The translations under genes were made by a program, and so were the position numbers. Under the pieces are notes generated by a model. It did not search any database. It was not told where the DNA came from and saw only the letters and a list, made by a program, of their open reading frames with translations. Source: Alphaproteobacteria bacterium (lineage in GTDB: Bacteria > Pseudomonadota > Alphaproteobacteria > UBA828). Taken from it: a stretch of DNA of 64,000 nucleotides. The stretch spans positions 448,001-512,000 of the forward strand of contig CBDEFM010000002.1 in NCBI GenBank assembly GCA_965237415.1, in the 5' to 3' direction. Shown here piece after piece: positions 63,777 through 64,000 of the stretch. Every line of letters begins with the position of its first letter. Positions within the stretch are counted from its first letter, which is position 1.

Positions 63777-64000
63777 GTGCATGGACTCGCGGAATCGCTC
63801 GCCGTCTATTTCGAGCGGCGGATGGCCCGCATCCTCCTTCTCGGGATCATCAGCGGCTTCCCCTGGGTCCTCATCGGGAGCAGCCTCACTCTCTGGCTGA
63901 CGGAGGACGGCCTCAGCCGCAGCACGATCGGCTGGGCCGGCCTCATCTTCGGCGTCTACGCGTTCAACTTTCTCTGGGCCCCGCTCATCGATCGTGTCCG
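63777..64000 (+). CDS. AmpG-like muropeptide MFS permease, runs off the window
   Basis: Hand translation: LLLGIISGFPWVLIGSSLTLWL...FLWAPLIDRV; start uncertain (63735 or 63777). Confidence 0.78.
   Translation, partial: MHGLAESLAVYFERRMARILLLGIISGFPWVLIGSSLTLWLTEDGLSRSTIGWAGLIFGVYAFNFLWAPLIDRV

Overview
High-GC (roughly two-thirds G+C by eye) alphaproteobacterial chromosome segment, probably Rhodospirillales-like judging by gene order and protein types. Core blocks: a SUF Fe-S operon (rrf2-sufBCDSU-sufT-sufA), hupB-tRNA-Val-tRNA-Asp-nuoA..N-birA-coaX-rnj-mce-DUF1467, and proS-lolE-lolD. Accessory metabolic genes are interspersed: two Tat-exported ABC solute-binding systems, acetoacetyl-CoA synthetase, N-carbamoylase, oxidoreductases and a CoA-transferase. 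There is also a HepT/MntA-type toxin-antitoxin pair, three tRNAs, one complete IS5 and a collapsed xylose-type ABC operon. The most unusual signals are small non-coding elements. (1) A 109-bp MITE with a CTAG duplication splits an S8 protease gene, and its AT-rich interior is essentially a tandem pair of NrdR-box-like palindromes. (2) A 203-bp MITE with ~33-bp terminal inverted repeats has two solo copies of its end elsewhere in the window. (3) A ~170-bp dispersed element with 10-bp AATCCCACTT tandem repeats occurs once beside tRNA-Pro and once just upstream of proS. No CRISPR array or rRNA was seen. All family calls come from motif recognition by eye, with no database searches.
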